From NCBI GenBank assembly GCA_963727775.1, contig CAVSHB010000002.1, positions 800,001-864,000 on the forward strand: 64,000 bases of DNA, written 5' to 3'. Every line of letters begins with the position of its first letter. The first letter of the stretch is position 1. The notes beneath the pieces are model-generated. The model was not told where the DNA came from, searched no databases, and saw nothing but the letters and a program-made list of their open reading frames with translations. Shown piece after piece: positions 11,623 to 22,628 of this stretch. The translations under genes were made by a program, and so were the position numbers. Source of the stretch: an uncultured Nitrospiraceae bacterium (GTDB lineage: Bacteria > Nitrospirota > Thermodesulfovibrionia > Thermodesulfovibrionales > SM23-35).

Positions 11623-11748
11623 TTCAAGAATTGAGAACGACTGTTCTGAATATAGGATCGTTTACAAAAATGCATTATTTGTTCTCAAATGTAATTTTTT
11701 TGTTGACAAATAGAATTTGTTGGTGTATAAATACATTAAGGTGAAAAA

Positions 11749-12294
11749 ATGTTAAAGAGTTTATTCTCATCATCAGTAAGGGCGGATGTGCTCTCGCTGC
11801 TTCTGAACAGCCCCGACGAACAGTTCTATATCCGTGAGATTGCGACACTCCTCAGAAAGAACCCATCAGGCATAAAGAGGGAACTCGATAACCTCGAAAA
11901 GATGGATATTGTGACGAGCGAAAGGATTGTCAACCTCAGATACTTCCAGGCGAATAAGGAGTCACCCCTGTTCTCTGAATTGAAAAATCTGATAACAAAA
12001 TCACTCGGCCTGCCCGGCGCGCTTAAGGCGGTCCTGAGGGCCGCCGGTACGAAGGCGGCTTTTATCTACGGTCCGTATGCTGAGGGGGACGATGTAGACA
12101 GAGTGGATCTTTTTGTTATCGGTGCGTCATCATCACTGACAAAAGAAATCAAGGACCTTGAAAAGAGGTTTGATCAAAAAATTAACTTTGCAATGATGGA
12201 TGAAGAGGAATACAGACTGAAAAAGAAGAAGGGTGATGCAAACCTGAAAAGGCTTTTATCAGGCAAAAGGATAACACTTATCGGCAGATTATAA
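11749..12294 (+). CDS. Winged-helix + nucleotidyltransferase-like protein (degenerate NTase motif)
   Basis: N-terminal LFSSSVRADVL..YIREIA..RELDNL wHTH; YGPYAEG..VDLFVIG; TTGACA-N17-TATAAA at 11703-11731. Confidence 0.75.
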   Translation: MLKSLFSSSVRADVLSLLLNSPDEQFYIREIATLLRKNPSGIKRELDNLEKMDIVTSERIVNLRYFQANKESPLFSELKNLITKSLGLPGALKAVLRAAGTKAAFIYGPYAEGDDVDRVDLFVIGASSSLTKEIKDLEKRFDQKINFAMMDEEEYRLKKKKGDANLKRLLSGKRITLIGRL

Positions 12295-12354
12295 ATGGGT
12301 AAGTGCTCCGCATCTCCTTCACCGGGAGTGCGGATAGAAAGGGGGTGAATTATC

Positions 12355-12414
12355 ATGGCAGCTACAAAGAAAGCAGCGAAGAAGCCGGCAAAGAAGACCG
12401 CAAAAAAGAAATAG
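12355..12414 (+). CDS. 19-aa Lys/Ala-rich micropeptide MAATKKAAKKPAKKTAKKK
   Basis: Strong RBS AAAGGGGGTGA, clean ATG..TAG, terminator downstream; too short for the ORF track. Confidence 0.7.
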   Translation: MAATKKAAKKPAKKTAKKK

Positions 12415-12446
12415 TTTAGATCTACATGCACACACACACATTTTTT

Positions 12447-12478
12447 AGGCTGGAGAGAACTTCTCCAGCCTTCTTTTT
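12447..12478 (+). terminator. Intrinsic terminator, probably bidirectional with lpxC
   Basis: aggctggaga/tctccagcct stem followed by tcttttt. Confidence 0.7.
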
Positions 12479-12556
12479 GCGGTCTTCCTACATATAAAAC
12501 TCTATTCTGCGGAAAAATTCAAGTAAAATTTATAACTTATTGAAAAATAAGCTATT

Positions 12557-13435
12557 TTAAGTAAGCGAAAGGGTTTGCGGCTGGCTGACTTCCGATACCA
12601 ATTCCCAATACTCCGGATGTGAAAACAGCTTTTTCAGGAACTTAAGGTTTGTGGTATGGCCTGACTTATTAGCAATAATATGACCTTGGATAGGAAATCC
12701 TGAGAGAGAAAGGTCGCCGATAAGATCGAGTATTTTATGACGGACAAATTCGTCTTTAAACCTTAATCCCGTGGAATTCAGCACCCCGGTTTCTCCGAGT
12801 ATTATGGCATTATCGAAGGAGCCGCCCCTTGCGAAGCCGTTTGCTTTAAGGTATTCGACGTCTTTCAGAAATCCGAAAGTCCTTGCAGGGGCTATTTCCA
12901 TAGTGAAGCTTTCCTCATTGAGGTCAAGGCTTAACTTTTGCTCACCGAGTAAATGATGGGTAAAGTGGATCCTGTAAGTTATACGCCTGCCGTTATACGG
13001 GAAGGCGGCAATCTCGGCATGGCCATCGGTAAGCACTATAGGGCTTGTAATTCTTATATAAGGTCTCTTTTTGCTCTGTTTTGCGATCCCGCTGTTGAGG
13101 ATCATGCTTGTCAGATCTATTGAACTGCCGTCGAGGATGGGGATTTCGGACCCGTTTACTTCTATAAAGGCGTTATCGATACCGAGTCCTGCCAAAGCGG
13201 CAAGCATGTGTTCAACCGTCCTTATTTTAGCACCGTTGAACCCGATCGTAGTGGCAAATGCCGTATCAGTGACCGAGCCGATGGAAGCCTTAATCGCCAG
13301 GTTCTTGTCTGACCGTATAAATAAGATTCCGGTATCCCGGGGCGCCGGCTTAAGGCATACCTTAGTGTTGCGACCGGTGTGAAGCCCGATACCTTCAAAA
13401 CTTACTTCCTGTTTTAGTGTCCTTTGTAAACGCAT
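12557..13435 (-). CDS. lpxC: UDP-3-O-acyl-GlcNAc deacetylase
   Basis: QRTL..GIGLHTG, TVEH, PILDGSS, APARTFGF, RHKILD, SGH. Confidence 0.97.
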   Translation of the reverse strand: MRLQRTLKQEVSFEGIGLHTGRNTKVCLKPAPRDTGILFIRSDKNLAIKASIGSVTDTAFATTIGFNGAKIRTVEHMLAALAGLGIDNAFIEVNGSEIPILDGSSIDLTSMILNSGIAKQSKKRPYIRITSPIVLTDGHAEIAAFPYNGRRITYRIHFTHHLLGEQKLSLDLNEESFTMEIAPARTFGFLKDVEYLKANGFARGGSFDNAIILGETGVLNSTGLRFKDEFVRHKILDLIGDLSLSGFPIQGHIIANKSGHTTNLKFLKKLFSHPEYWELVSEVSQPQTLSLT

Positions 13436-13843
13436 AGTTTATATAATAAGATTTTGTAAGTAATAAAAAATCTATTTATAGGTTGCAAGTATAATGCCAG
13501 ATAAAAAGGCAAGAATTTTACAGTTATTATTAACAGAGGTTTATTCAGGACAATGGCTCTATAAAAAGTCTTGGCAGTATAAGTTAAAGTGTTTGTTGAA
13601 ATATAATGCAAGACGGCAAACAGAAGGTGTGTTGTCTGTTATCAATGATGTGTGTATTATTTAACACAGTGATAACCCCATTGCCCTCTGATATGTTAAA
13701 ATCGAATTTATAAACTATTTAATTATTAGTACATATATTAGCACAGAACTGCTTATTTGAACCCTTTGCACCTCCCTTTCCGCACTAAGGCAGCTTCGGC
13801 GGGGTGAAAGGGGGAAGGATAGCGGGGTTATGGAGATAATAAA

Positions 13844-14626
13844 ATGCTGGGAATTATAGGCGGGAGCGGCCTCTACGGAGTTGAAGGGTTAGTCATGAAA
13901 AGGGCGAAGAAGATAAAAACGCCCTTTGGCGCGCCATCCGATTCTTATTCTATGGGTGAATTTTCGGGGAAGGACATTATATTTCTTCCAAGACATGGGT
14001 TGAAGCATAAAATTCCCCCCCATAAGATAAATTACAGGGCAAATATATGGGGGTTTAAAAAACTCGGGGTAGAAAGAATCATATCCTTCGGCGCTACCGG
14101 GGGAATAAGCCATGGTATGAAGCCGGGGACGATTGTTGTTCCCGATCAGATCATCGATATGACGAGCGGCAGGGATTCAACCTTCTACTCCGATGAAGGA
14201 GACGTTGTTCATATGGATTTTACAGAGCCGTATTGCCCTGAATTGAGGGCTTCTCTTTTTCGTGCCGGAGAGAGATCGGGAATCAAAGTCAAGAAATCGG
14301 GAACCTATGTGTGTACGAATGGTCCAAGGCTTGAAACCGGGGCCGAGATAAAGTTTTTTTCAGAAATCGACGCGGATATTGTCGGCATGACGGCGATGCC
14401 CGAGGCGGCGCTCGCAAGGGAAGCGGAGCTTTGTTATGCGGGGGTTGCCGTTGTTACAAATTATGCGGCCGGGATTAGGGAAAAGAAACTGACGGCAGCA
14501 GAGGTTATCGACGTGATGAATAAGACCACCGGGAGGCTAAAAGAACTTCTGAAAGCGGTTTTGAGTATGGTACCCTCTGAAAGAAACTGTGCGTGTAAGG
14601 AAGCCCTGGCAAAGGCGAAGGTTTAA
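13844..14626 (+). CDS. mtnP: S-methyl-5'-thioadenosine/thioinosine phosphorylase
   Basis: GIIGGSG, TPFG, PRHG, NYRAN, GPRLET, VGMT..PEA. Confidence 0.9.
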   Translation: MLGIIGGSGLYGVEGLVMKRAKKIKTPFGAPSDSYSMGEFSGKDIIFLPRHGLKHKIPPHKINYRANIWGFKKLGVERIISFGATGGISHGMKPGTIVVPDQIIDMTSGRDSTFYSDEGDVVHMDFTEPYCPELRASLFRAGERSGIKVKKSGTYVCTNGPRLETGAEIKFFSEIDADIVGMTAMPEAALAREAELCYAGVAVVTNYAAGIREKKLTAAEVIDVMNKTTGRLKELLKAVLSMVPSERNCACKEALAKAKV

Positions 14627-14633
14627 GCGGCAT

Positions 14634-16004
14634 ATGGAGACTATCCTTGTTGTAGAAGACAAAGAATCAATGGCGGAGATGCTGAGAGAGACCCTTGAGT
14701 CTGCAGGATATACCGTCATTTCGGCTGTTGACGGACTGGAGGGCATAAGGCATATCAAAGAGAGCAGGGTCGATCTTGTACTGACGGACCTTAAGCTTCC
14801 TAAAAAAGAAGGGATGGATATCCTCAATGCATCCAAAGAAGAAAACCAGGTCAGGCCCGTTATTATTATGACCGCATTCGGTTCTGTTGAGACGGCTGTA
14901 GCTGCAATGAAGGAAGGCGCTTTTGATTTTATTACAAAACCTTTTGATACCGACCACCTCCTTATGCTGATACAGAGAGCCCTGGAAACACTGAGGCTTC
15001 TTACGGAGAACATTCTTTTAAAAGAAGAGTTCGCTTCGAAGTTCGGGCTGCCCAGGATTATCGGTAGGAGTGATAGAATTATTGATGTCGCCCAAGTCGT
15101 GCAAAAGGTGGCGCCCACGAAAACAACTGTCCTTTTGATCGGCGAGAGCGGCACGGGAAAAGAGCTTTTTGCGAGGGCCCTCCATAATCTGAGTAACCGG
15201 AAGCAGTATCCTTTTGTGCCGATCAATTGTGCCGCGATCCCTAAAGACCTGCTTGAATCGGAGCTCTTCGGTCATGAAAAAGGCGCCTTTACGGGCGCGG
15301 AAATGAAGAAACTCGGCAAGTTCGAACTTGCCGATAAGGGGACTATTTTTCTCGACGAAATCGGCGATATGGATATGACATTGCAATCAAAGGTCCTCAG
15401 GGCGATTGAAGAAGGAGAAATAGAGAGGATAGGCGCTGTTAAGGCGATAAAGGTTGACGTAAGAATTGTCGCGGCAAGCAATAAAGACCTTGAAAAAGCT
15501 GTAGAAGATAAGAAATTCAGAGAAGACCTCTTTTACAGGCTGAATGTGTTCCCAATCAGGATCCCTCCTTTGAGGGAGAGGAAGGAAGACATTCCTTTGC
15601 TCGTGGATTACTTTATCAATAAATATCGCGTCGAGATAAAGACTACTGTGAAAAGTATTTCAGCAAAGGCTTTGGATATGCTTATGAAGTATTACTGGAA
15701 GGGCAATGTAAGGGAACTTGAAAACGCCATAGAGCGGGCGGTCATACTGTGTGACGGTGAGGTGATTACGTCCGACCATTTTATTCCCGGCAGGCAGTAC
15801 GGATATCAGTCTTCTGAAAAATCTTTCATTAATGAAGGCGCGCTCGAAGCTGTGGCAAAAGAGGCAACGAGGACCGCGGAGACCCAAAGGATCACGAATG
15901 TCCTTAAGGATACGAGGGGCAATAAAAGCAGGGCGGCGGAGATCCTTCAGGTGAGCTACAAAACATTGCTTACAAAGATCAAGGAGTACGGCATTGAGTC
16001 TTGA
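14634..16004 (+). CDS. Sigma-54-dependent response regulator (NtrC/AtoC family)
   Basis: REC domain, GESGTGKE, GAFTGA, FLDEIG, WKGNVREL, Fis HTH; ATG at 14634. Confidence 0.95.
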   Translation: METILVVEDKESMAEMLRETLESAGYTVISAVDGLEGIRHIKESRVDLVLTDLKLPKKEGMDILNASKEENQVRPVIIMTAFGSVETAVAAMKEGAFDFITKPFDTDHLLMLIQRALETLRLLTENILLKEEFASKFGLPRIIGRSDRIIDVAQVVQKVAPTKTTVLLIGESGTGKELFARALHNLSNRKQYPFVPINCAAIPKDLLESELFGHEKGAFTGAEMKKLGKFELADKGTIFLDEIGDMDMTLQSKVLRAIEEGEIERIGAVKAIKVDVRIVAASNKDLEKAVEDKKFREDLFYRLNVFPIRIPPLRERKEDIPLLVDYFINKYRVEIKTTVKSISAKALDMLMKYYWKGNVRELENAIERAVILCDGEVITSDHFIPGRQYGYQSSEKSFINEGALEAVAKEATRTAETQRITNVLKDTRGNKSRAAEILQVSYKTLLTKIKEYGIES

Positions 16005-16092
16005 CAGTATAATTCCCGGAGAATTATCATAAAATGTTGATTAATCGGTATTTTATCGGTTCGTTAAAGAACGTTTTTTCGGAGGGGTAAAA

Positions 16093-16848
16093 ATGTCTGG
16101 ACATTCCAAATGGGCGTCAATCAAGCATAAGAAAGCAAGCACTGATGCAAAGAAGGGCAAGATTTTTACGAAAATCGTCAAAGAGATCGCGGTTGCCGCG
16201 CGCGTTGGCGGTGGTGACCCCTCCGGAAATCCGAGGCTGAGGACTGCTATCGATAACGCGAAAGAAGTCAATATGCCGAGCGATAACGTTAAGCGGGCCA
16301 TTATGAAAGGAACGGGTGAACTACCCGGCGTATCATATGAGGAGGCTGTTTATGAAGGATACGGCCCCGGCGGTGTCGCTATCCTTATAGATGTGCTCAC
16401 CGACAACAAGAACAGGACCACCCCTGAGATAAGACATTTGATGTCGAAGAACAACGGTAATTTGGGTGAATCCGGATGTGTGTCCTGGATGTTCGAGCAG
16501 AAGGGATATATCCTTGTCGAGAAGACAAGGGTCGATGAGGACCCCCTGATGTCTGTCGCGCTTGACGCAGGCGCTGAAGACATGAAGAACGATCCTAAGG
16601 AAGACAATTACGAAATTATTATGGCCCCTGAGAATCTGGCTAAGGTAAAGGCTTCTATTGAGGCCTCAGGCGTCCCGGTTTCGCTCGCAGAGATAACGAT
16701 GCTCGCAAAAAATTATGTCACGGTAGATGAAAGACAGGCGGAGCAGATGATGAGGCTTACAGAAGCGCTTGAAGACCATGACGATGTACAGGATGTTTAT
16801 ACTAATGTAGATATCCCGGATGAGGTGATTGCCAAAATTGGGAAATAA
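16093..16848 (+). CDS. yebC: YebC/PmpR family protein
   Basis: [38 protein letters not shown]. Confidence 0.96.
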   Translation: MSGHSKWASIKHKKASTDAKKGKIFTKIVKEIAVAARVGGGDPSGNPRLRTAIDNAKEVNMPSDNVKRAIMKGTGELPGVSYEEAVYEGYGPGGVAILIDVLTDNKNRTTPEIRHLMSKNNGNLGESGCVSWMFEQKGYILVEKTRVDEDPLMSVALDAGAEDMKNDPKEDNYEIIMAPENLAKVKASIEASGVPVSLAEITMLAKNYVTVDERQAEQMMRLTEALEDHDDVQDVYTNVDIPDEVIAKIGK

Positions 16849-17470
16849 TCCGGGTTTTTCCATTCGTACCAGCTTCAAGAGGAGATTCTTAGCCGGGCTC
16901 CTTATATCCATACCTGCCGTCATCACTTTCCTCATCATCGAATGGTTTTTTAAATTTATTGACGGCTTTCTTGAGCCCATTTACTTTAGTATCCTCGGAT
17001 ATCATGTCCCGGGACTCGGGTTTATTTCCGCCGTAATACTGATATTCATAGTTGGTATTATCTCGACGAATGTTTTCGGCAGGAAGGTCATCGGATACTT
17101 CGAGAATGTCGTGCTGAGGATTCCGGTGTTGAAAGGGATATATACTGCTGTGAAACAGCTTGTTGACGCCTTTTCCCCGGACAGCAAGAGTTCGTCCTTT
17201 AAAAAATTTGTTGTTGTCGAGTATCCGAGACCGGATGTGTTCGCCTTCGGATTTTTGACCAAGGAATGCGTTGTCAAGCAGGAAAAAGACGGAAGCCAGT
17301 GTGTTTTAAAGGCTGTATATATACCCACGAACAATCTTTATCTCGGCGAGATTGCGCTTTTTAAAGAGGAAAGCGTGTTTTACACCGATATCCCGATAGA
17401 CGAGGGTATCAAGATTATCCTTTCAGGCGGTATAGCGACTCCCCCGAGGTTGTCTGAGGTGAAAGGATGA
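16829..17470 (+). CDS. DUF502 membrane protein
   Basis: FLAGLL..P..IT, RIP..KGIY..VKQ, VEYPR, ILSGG; start codon uncertain. Confidence 0.85.
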   Translation: MPKLGNNPGFSIRTSFKRRFLAGLLISIPAVITFLIIEWFFKFIDGFLEPIYFSILGYHVPGLGFISAVILIFIVGIISTNVFGRKVIGYFENVVLRIPVLKGIYTAVKQLVDAFSPDSKSSSFKKFVVVEYPRPDVFAFGFLTKECVVKQEKDGSQCVLKAVYIPTNNLYLGEIALFKEESVFYTDIPIDEGIKIILSGGIATPPRLSEVKG

Positions 17471-18882
17471 AAATGGCAGGAGTTGTCCTTGCTGCCGGAC
17501 TCGGCAAAAGGATGAATTCATCCTTACCGAAAGTCCTCCATAATATCCACGGCGTCACGATGCTCCGGTATGCGTTGGATGCCCTCAAGGGACTGAGACC
17601 TCAAAAGATTGTTGTGGTGGTGGGAAGACATTTTCAGGAAATAAAAGAATCATTGGGGGATGAAAATAACATCTCGTTCGCAGAACAGAGAGAGGCAAAA
17701 GGCACAGGAGACGCGCTCTTAAAGGCATCGGTGTCCCTAAAGGGTTTTAAAGGTACAATAGTCGTTGTGAACGGCGACGCCCCTTTAGTTACTTCCGGCA
17801 CCCTGAAAAAATTTCTGAAGCTCCATAGCAAGGGAAGAAATGCCGTCTCTATACTTTCATTTATATCCGAAGACCCCGGCTCATACGGCAGGGTCATAAG
17901 AGACGAGGACGGTCGTGCGCTGGCGGTCATAGAGGACCCTGACGCGACGGCATCCCAGAAGTTGATAAAAGAAGTAAACAGCGGGGTATACGCGATAGAG
18001 GCCGGAGCGCTCAAACTTTTGAAGGAGATAAAACTTAATAAACGTAAAGGCGAATATTATCTCACCGACATTGTCCACATAGCCAAAGTAAAAGGTATCA
18101 AAATAGATGCTTTTTGTATTGGTTCAGAGGATGAATTCCTTGGTGTCAACAGCAGGGAAGAACTTGAGAAGGCGCGCCTTCTTATGAAGGGCAGGATCAT
18201 ATGTAAATGGCTGGGGAAGGGCGTGCATTTTGCGGACATTAATTCGGTTTTTATATCCTCGAACAGCGATATAGAAAAAGATACTGTAGTGTATCCGAAC
18301 GTTCATCTTGAAGGCAAAACAAAGATAGGGAAGGGATGCACAATTTACCCGAATGTCAGGATTCTGGATAGTATTATAGGCGCCGGCGCAGTTATTAAGG
18401 ACTCCACTCTGATCGAGGGTTCGGTTGTAAAAGCCCGGGCTTTGGTCGGCCCCTTTGCTCATATACGTCCCGGGTCCGAGATCGGTCCGGACGCGAGGAT
18501 AGGGAATTTTGTTGAAGTGAAAAAATCGGTCATCGGTCCTGGGACAAAGGCATCACATCTTACGTATCTCGGAGATGCAAAGATAGGCAGGGATGTGAAC
18601 ATAGGAGCAGGCACGATAACATGCAATTATGACGGCCATAGGAAAAACGTTACAACAATTGAAGATAATGTCTTTATAGGAAGCGATTCGCAGTTGATTG
18701 CCCCGGTTAAGATAGGCAAAGGGGCCTATGTCGGCGCTGGTGCTACGATTACAAAGGACGTTCCTTCAAAGGCACTTGCCCTTAGCAGGGTAGAGCAGGT
18801 TAATATTAAAGACTGGGCAACGAAACGGCAGTTAAAAGTCGAGAGTGAAAAGTTAAAAACGAAAAAAAAGGAACATAAATGA
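17467..18882 (+). CDS. glmU: Bifunctional UDP-GlcNAc pyrophosphorylase/acetyltransferase
   Basis: LAAGLGKRM, PKVLH, EYYLTD, GNFVEVK, TCNYDG, hexapeptide repeats. Confidence 0.97.
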   Translation: MKMAGVVLAAGLGKRMNSSLPKVLHNIHGVTMLRYALDALKGLRPQKIVVVVGRHFQEIKESLGDENNISFAEQREAKGTGDALLKASVSLKGFKGTIVVVNGDAPLVTSGTLKKFLKLHSKGRNAVSILSFISEDPGSYGRVIRDEDGRALAVIEDPDATASQKLIKEVNSGVYAIEAGALKLLKEIKLNKRKGEYYLTDIVHIAKVKGIKIDAFCIGSEDEFLGVNSREELEKARLLMKGRIICKWLGKGVHFADINSVFISSNSDIEKDTVVYPNVHLEGKTKIGKGCTIYPNVRILDSIIGAGAVIKDSTLIEGSVVKARALVGPFAHIRPGSEIGPDARIGNFVEVKKSVIGPGTKASHLTYLGDAKIGRDVNIGAGTITCNYDGHRKNVTTIEDNVFIGSDSQLIAPVKIGKGAYVGAGATITKDVPSKALALSRVEQVNIKDWATKRQLKVESEKLKTKKKEHK

Positions 18883-18935
18883 AATGTTTTTATTAAACTC
18901 ATCACTTATCACTAATAACTCATTGAGGTTTTGAT

Positions 18936-20762
18936 ATGTGCGGGATAATCGGATATACAGGTAAGCGGAATGCGGTATCGGTGGTAATCGAGGGGTTGAA
19001 GCGCCTCGAATACAGAGGATACGATTCCGCAGGGGTTGCTTACTTTTCGAACAACGGGATTGAGGTGAGAAGGTGTACGGGCAAGATAAAAGAGCTCGCA
19101 TCTTTGCTCGAAGCTGAAAACCCTTCCAGCCATACCACGATAGGGCACACAAGATGGGCAACCCACGGGAGGCCGTCAGAGGAGAACGCCCACCCTCACA
19201 GGTCAAACGGTATCGTCTTAGTGCATAACGGGATAATAGAAAATTATCTTTCCTTAAAGAAAAAACTGACAGGTAAAGGATATTTATTCACTTCTGAGAC
19301 GGATACAGAGGTGCTTTGCCACCTTATAAACGATTATGCAAAAAAGCATCCTCTGGAAGACGCTGTACGCGAGGCGTTAAAAGAAGTCGAAGGTTCCTAT
19401 GCGATTGCCGTTATTAAGGAAGATGAACCTGACAAGATTGTAGGTGTTAGAAAAGACAGTCCTTTGGTTGTCGGAATAGGTGACGGAGAGTCCTTTGTTG
19501 CCTCTGATATACCGGCGTTCCTCAGTTATTCGAGAGATGTGATATTTCTTGATGATGGAGAGATGGTCGTCCTGACAAGCAGCGGCGTCAAGATTACAGG
19601 ACTTGATGGACTTCCCGTGCAGAAGGATGTAAGGTCTGTGTCATGGAGCCCTGCTATGGCGGAAAAAGACGGCTACAAACATTTTATGCTGAAAGAGATC
19701 AATGAGCAGCCGAGGGCCATTGCCGATACATTAAGGGGAAGATTTAATGCTGAAACCGGCGACGTGAACTTCGACGAGTTCGGCTTTGACGGAAAAGAAC
19801 TCAAAGCCGTCGAAAAGGTCTTCATCGTTGCCTGCGGGACCTCCTATCATGCTGCCATTATCGGTAAATATATTATAGAAGGCCTTGTGAGGATCCCCGT
19901 CGAGGTAGATATAGCATCGGAATTCCGGTACAGGAAACCGGTCCTCAAATCCGGAGACCTTATGATTGTAATAACTCAGTCCGGAGAGACCGCGGACACG
20001 CTTGCTGCACAGAGAGAAGCGAAAAAACTTGGGGCCAGGGTCCTCTGTATATCTAACGTCGTCGGCAGCACTGCTTCGAGAGAAGCTGACGCTCTATTTT
20101 ATACCCATTCCGGTCCCGAAATAGGAGTTGCTTCTACCAAAGCCTTTACAACCCAGATCGTCGGGCTTTATCTTTTGGCGGTGGGTATCGGAAAGATAAA
20201 AGGCATAATACCGGAGGACATTTCAAAGGAGTTTTTAAAAGAACTGCTTATGCTTCCGGGTAAGGTAGAAGAAATATTGGATAAAGATGAAAATATAAAA
20301 AATATTGCAAAAGAGTTTTTTAAGGCGAAGGACTTCCTCTATCTCGGAAGAGGAATCAATTATCCTGTCGCGCTTGAAGGCGCGTTAAAACTGAAGGAGA
20401 TATCATATATCCATGCGGAGGGGTATCCCGCAGGTGAGATGAAACACGGTCCGATCGCTTTAATCGATGAGGAGATGCCTGTTGTTGTCCTTGCCCCAAA
20501 GGATCATTTGTATGAAAAGATAGCCTCGAATATCCAGGAGGTGAAGAGCAGGGGAGGGAAGATCATAATAGTTACAAATGACGCCGACGGCGATGTATGC
20601 GGGAATTCCGGTAAGTGCATTCTTGTGCCTAAATCCAATCCGTATCTTTCAACGGTATTGATGGCTATACCCATGCAGTTGCTCGCTTATCACATCGGGG
20701 TTTTACGGGGATGTGACGTAGATCAGCCAAGGAATCTTGCCAAGAGCGTTACTGTTGAATGA
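18936..20762 (+). CDS. glmS: Glutamine-fructose-6-phosphate transaminase
   Basis: MCGIIG, HTRWATHG, QSGETAD, GVASTKAF, PRNLAKSVTVE. Confidence 0.98.
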   Translation: MCGIIGYTGKRNAVSVVIEGLKRLEYRGYDSAGVAYFSNNGIEVRRCTGKIKELASLLEAENPSSHTTIGHTRWATHGRPSEENAHPHRSNGIVLVHNGIIENYLSLKKKLTGKGYLFTSETDTEVLCHLINDYAKKHPLEDAVREALKEVEGSYAIAVIKEDEPDKIVGVRKDSPLVVGIGDGESFVASDIPAFLSYSRDVIFLDDGEMVVLTSSGVKITGLDGLPVQKDVRSVSWSPAMAEKDGYKHFMLKEINEQPRAIADTLRGRFNAETGDVNFDEFGFDGKELKAVEKVFIVACGTSYHAAIIGKYIIEGLVRIPVEVDIASEFRYRKPVLKSGDLMIVITQSGETADTLAAQREAKKLGARVLCISNVVGSTASREADALFYTHSGPEIGVASTKAFTTQIVGLYLLAVGIGKIKGIIPEDISKEFLKELLMLPGKVEEILDKDENIKNIAKEFFKAKDFLYLGRGINYPVALEGALKLKEISYIHAEGYPAGEMKHGPIALIDEEMPVVVLAPKDHLYEKIASNIQEVKSRGGKIIIVTNDADGDVCGNSGKCILVPKSNPYLSTVLMAIPMQLLAYHIGVLRGCDVDQPRNLAKSVTVE

Positions 20763-20777
20763 AAACGTGAATCAATG

Positions 20778-22289
20778 CTACGGTATCTGCACCTGTATCG
20801 GATTATGTTCCTCATTTGTAGTACCATCGCCAAGCTGACCGTTATTGTTACTTCCCCAGGTCCAGACTGTGTTATCGTTGCCCAAGGCAACGGTGTAGTC
20901 ATAACCTGCTGCGATGGCGATGATGCCCGGCAGTGTTATGCCCGGCAGTCCGACTACCGCTACAGGTATATTGCTTAGAGTTGTAGTCCCATTGCCAAGT
21001 TGGCCGTTGCTGTTACTTCCCCAGGTCCAGACTGTGCCGTCGTCTTTTAAAGCAACACTGTGCTCATGCGACGGCACCGAGGAATCAAAGCCTGCGGCAA
21101 TGGCTATTGCAGTTGATATATTGCTTACCTGTACAGGAGACGAGTTATTTGTCTTAGTCCCATTACCAAGCTGACCGTCACTATTATTCCCCCAGGCCCA
21201 GACTGTGTTGTCGTTTCTCAGGGCAATTGTGTGGTCAACACCCGCGGCAATGGCCAGTACACCGCTTAGACTGCTTAACTCTTCGGGAGATTTATTATTA
21301 TTTGTAGTCCCATCACCAAGCTGTCCTTTTTTATTATACCCCCAAGCGTGGACTGTGTTGTCGCTTTTCAGGGCAACGGTGTGGTCATGACCTGCTGCAA
21401 CTGCTATTACTTTTATCCCTGACGTATCTGAAGGTGGTGCAATTATCTGTTTAGGACTATTGATTTGATTTGTTGTCCCGTCACCAATCTGCCCATAGGT
21501 ATTATCACCCCAGGCCCATAGCGAGCCATCGCTTTTCAGGGCAACAGTGTGGTTCCCGCCTGCTGCAACTGCTATTACTATTGTCCCATCTGAAGGTGGT
21601 GCGATTATCTGTATAGGAGTGGTGTTTGGATCCGTGGTTCCATTACCAAGTTGACCGTTGCTGTTATCGCCCCAGGCCCAGACCGAGCCGTCGGTTCCCA
21701 GGGCAACTGTGTGATTATCGCCAACTGCAACGGCTGTAATGCTTGGTAGTCCGCTTGCTGTGCTTACATGTACAGGAGTGCTGCTTTGATTTGTGGTTCC
21801 GTTGCCAAGCTGGCCATAGGCATTATCACCCCAAGCCAAGACCGAGCCGTCGGGTTTTACGTAAACGGTGTGGAATGATGCTGCTATGCTGCCTTGACTA
21901 ATTTGGCTAAAATTAAATCCGGTTGCGTCGATCCCCTGAAGATAAAGTTTCCGACTTGACGGAAAGAAGTTATAGCCTGAAAGCGAGACGTATACCGCGT
22001 ATTGGCCGCTCGGCACACTGCTAAAGCTGTAATGACCGCTTGAATCTGTAGTCCTGTATGGTGAATCTGGGGAAATAGTTGGCGGCGTCCCAAGGGGAAT
22101 AGTTACAATCCCCGGTAAAAGATAAACTTTCACACCTGGAAGCGCTGATCCGCCTGATGTGACCTTGCCCGAAACACCATATTTCTGCCCGCCGCATCCT
22201 GAAAGCATAATCGTTGTAACTGAGCTTAATAACAAAACCAAAATTGCTGTAAAAAACTTTGAACGCTTCACCTTAATATAACTTGTCAT
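20778..22289 (-). CDS. RCC1/BLIP-II repeat lipoprotein with N-terminal carboxypeptidase-regulatory-like domain
   Basis: Lipobox [14 protein letters not shown]; seven WGxNxxGQLGxGT repeats. Confidence 0.88.
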   Translation of the reverse strand: MTSYIKVKRSKFFTAILVLLLSSVTTIMLSGCGGQKYGVSGKVTSGGSALPGVKVYLLPGIVTIPLGTPPTISPDSPYRTTDSSGHYSFSSVPSGQYAVYVSLSGYNFFPSSRKLYLQGIDATGFNFSQISQGSIAASFHTVYVKPDGSVLAWGDNAYGQLGNGTTNQSSTPVHVSTASGLPSITAVAVGDNHTVALGTDGSVWAWGDNSNGQLGNGTTDPNTTPIQIIAPPSDGTIVIAVAAGGNHTVALKSDGSLWAWGDNTYGQIGDGTTNQINSPKQIIAPPSDTSGIKVIAVAAGHDHTVALKSDNTVHAWGYNKKGQLGDGTTNNNKSPEELSSLSGVLAIAAGVDHTIALRNDNTVWAWGNNSDGQLGNGTKTNNSSPVQVSNISTAIAIAAGFDSSVPSHEHSVALKDDGTVWTWGSNSNGQLGNGTTTLSNIPVAVVGLPGITLPGIIAIAAGYDYTVALGNDNTVWTWGSNNNGQLGDGTTNEEHNPIQVQIP

Positions 22290-22628
22290 GATAATAATCT
22301 CCTAAAATTGCTTTGGCTTAAGTTGAAATTTAATCTTACACATTATACATCAATTCATCATTTAAGGTCGACCGGCCGGAATACGAATCATAATTTATGG
22401 CCAGCCCGTTTTGACTTCATCCATACCATGAATCTATAATAATTAAGAGGGGCGTTTGCTTAGACTTAATAGCAGGCGGAGTTACCGGGTTTTTGGAGTT
22501 TTGAGTTTCCGGATTTATTCCTTCTTGCTGTGAAGAATCATACATAGACTGAAGAACTGCAGAACTCGGCATACTGTGGATTTAAATGGTAAAAATCTGT
22601 TAACATGAATAAGTCAAAGGAGAGATGA

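Noticed and set aside
12174..12437. 87-aa minus-strand ORF rich in FFA
   Set aside because: Antisense shadow of the Lys/Ala micropeptide and the upstream gene
18883..18935. glmS ribozyme
   Set aside because: Only 53 AT-rich nt between glmU and glmS, with no ribozyme core
22441..22628. Long leader upstream of uvrD as a possible ncRNA
   Set aside because: A promoter-like sequence is present, but no recognisable motif or convincing structure
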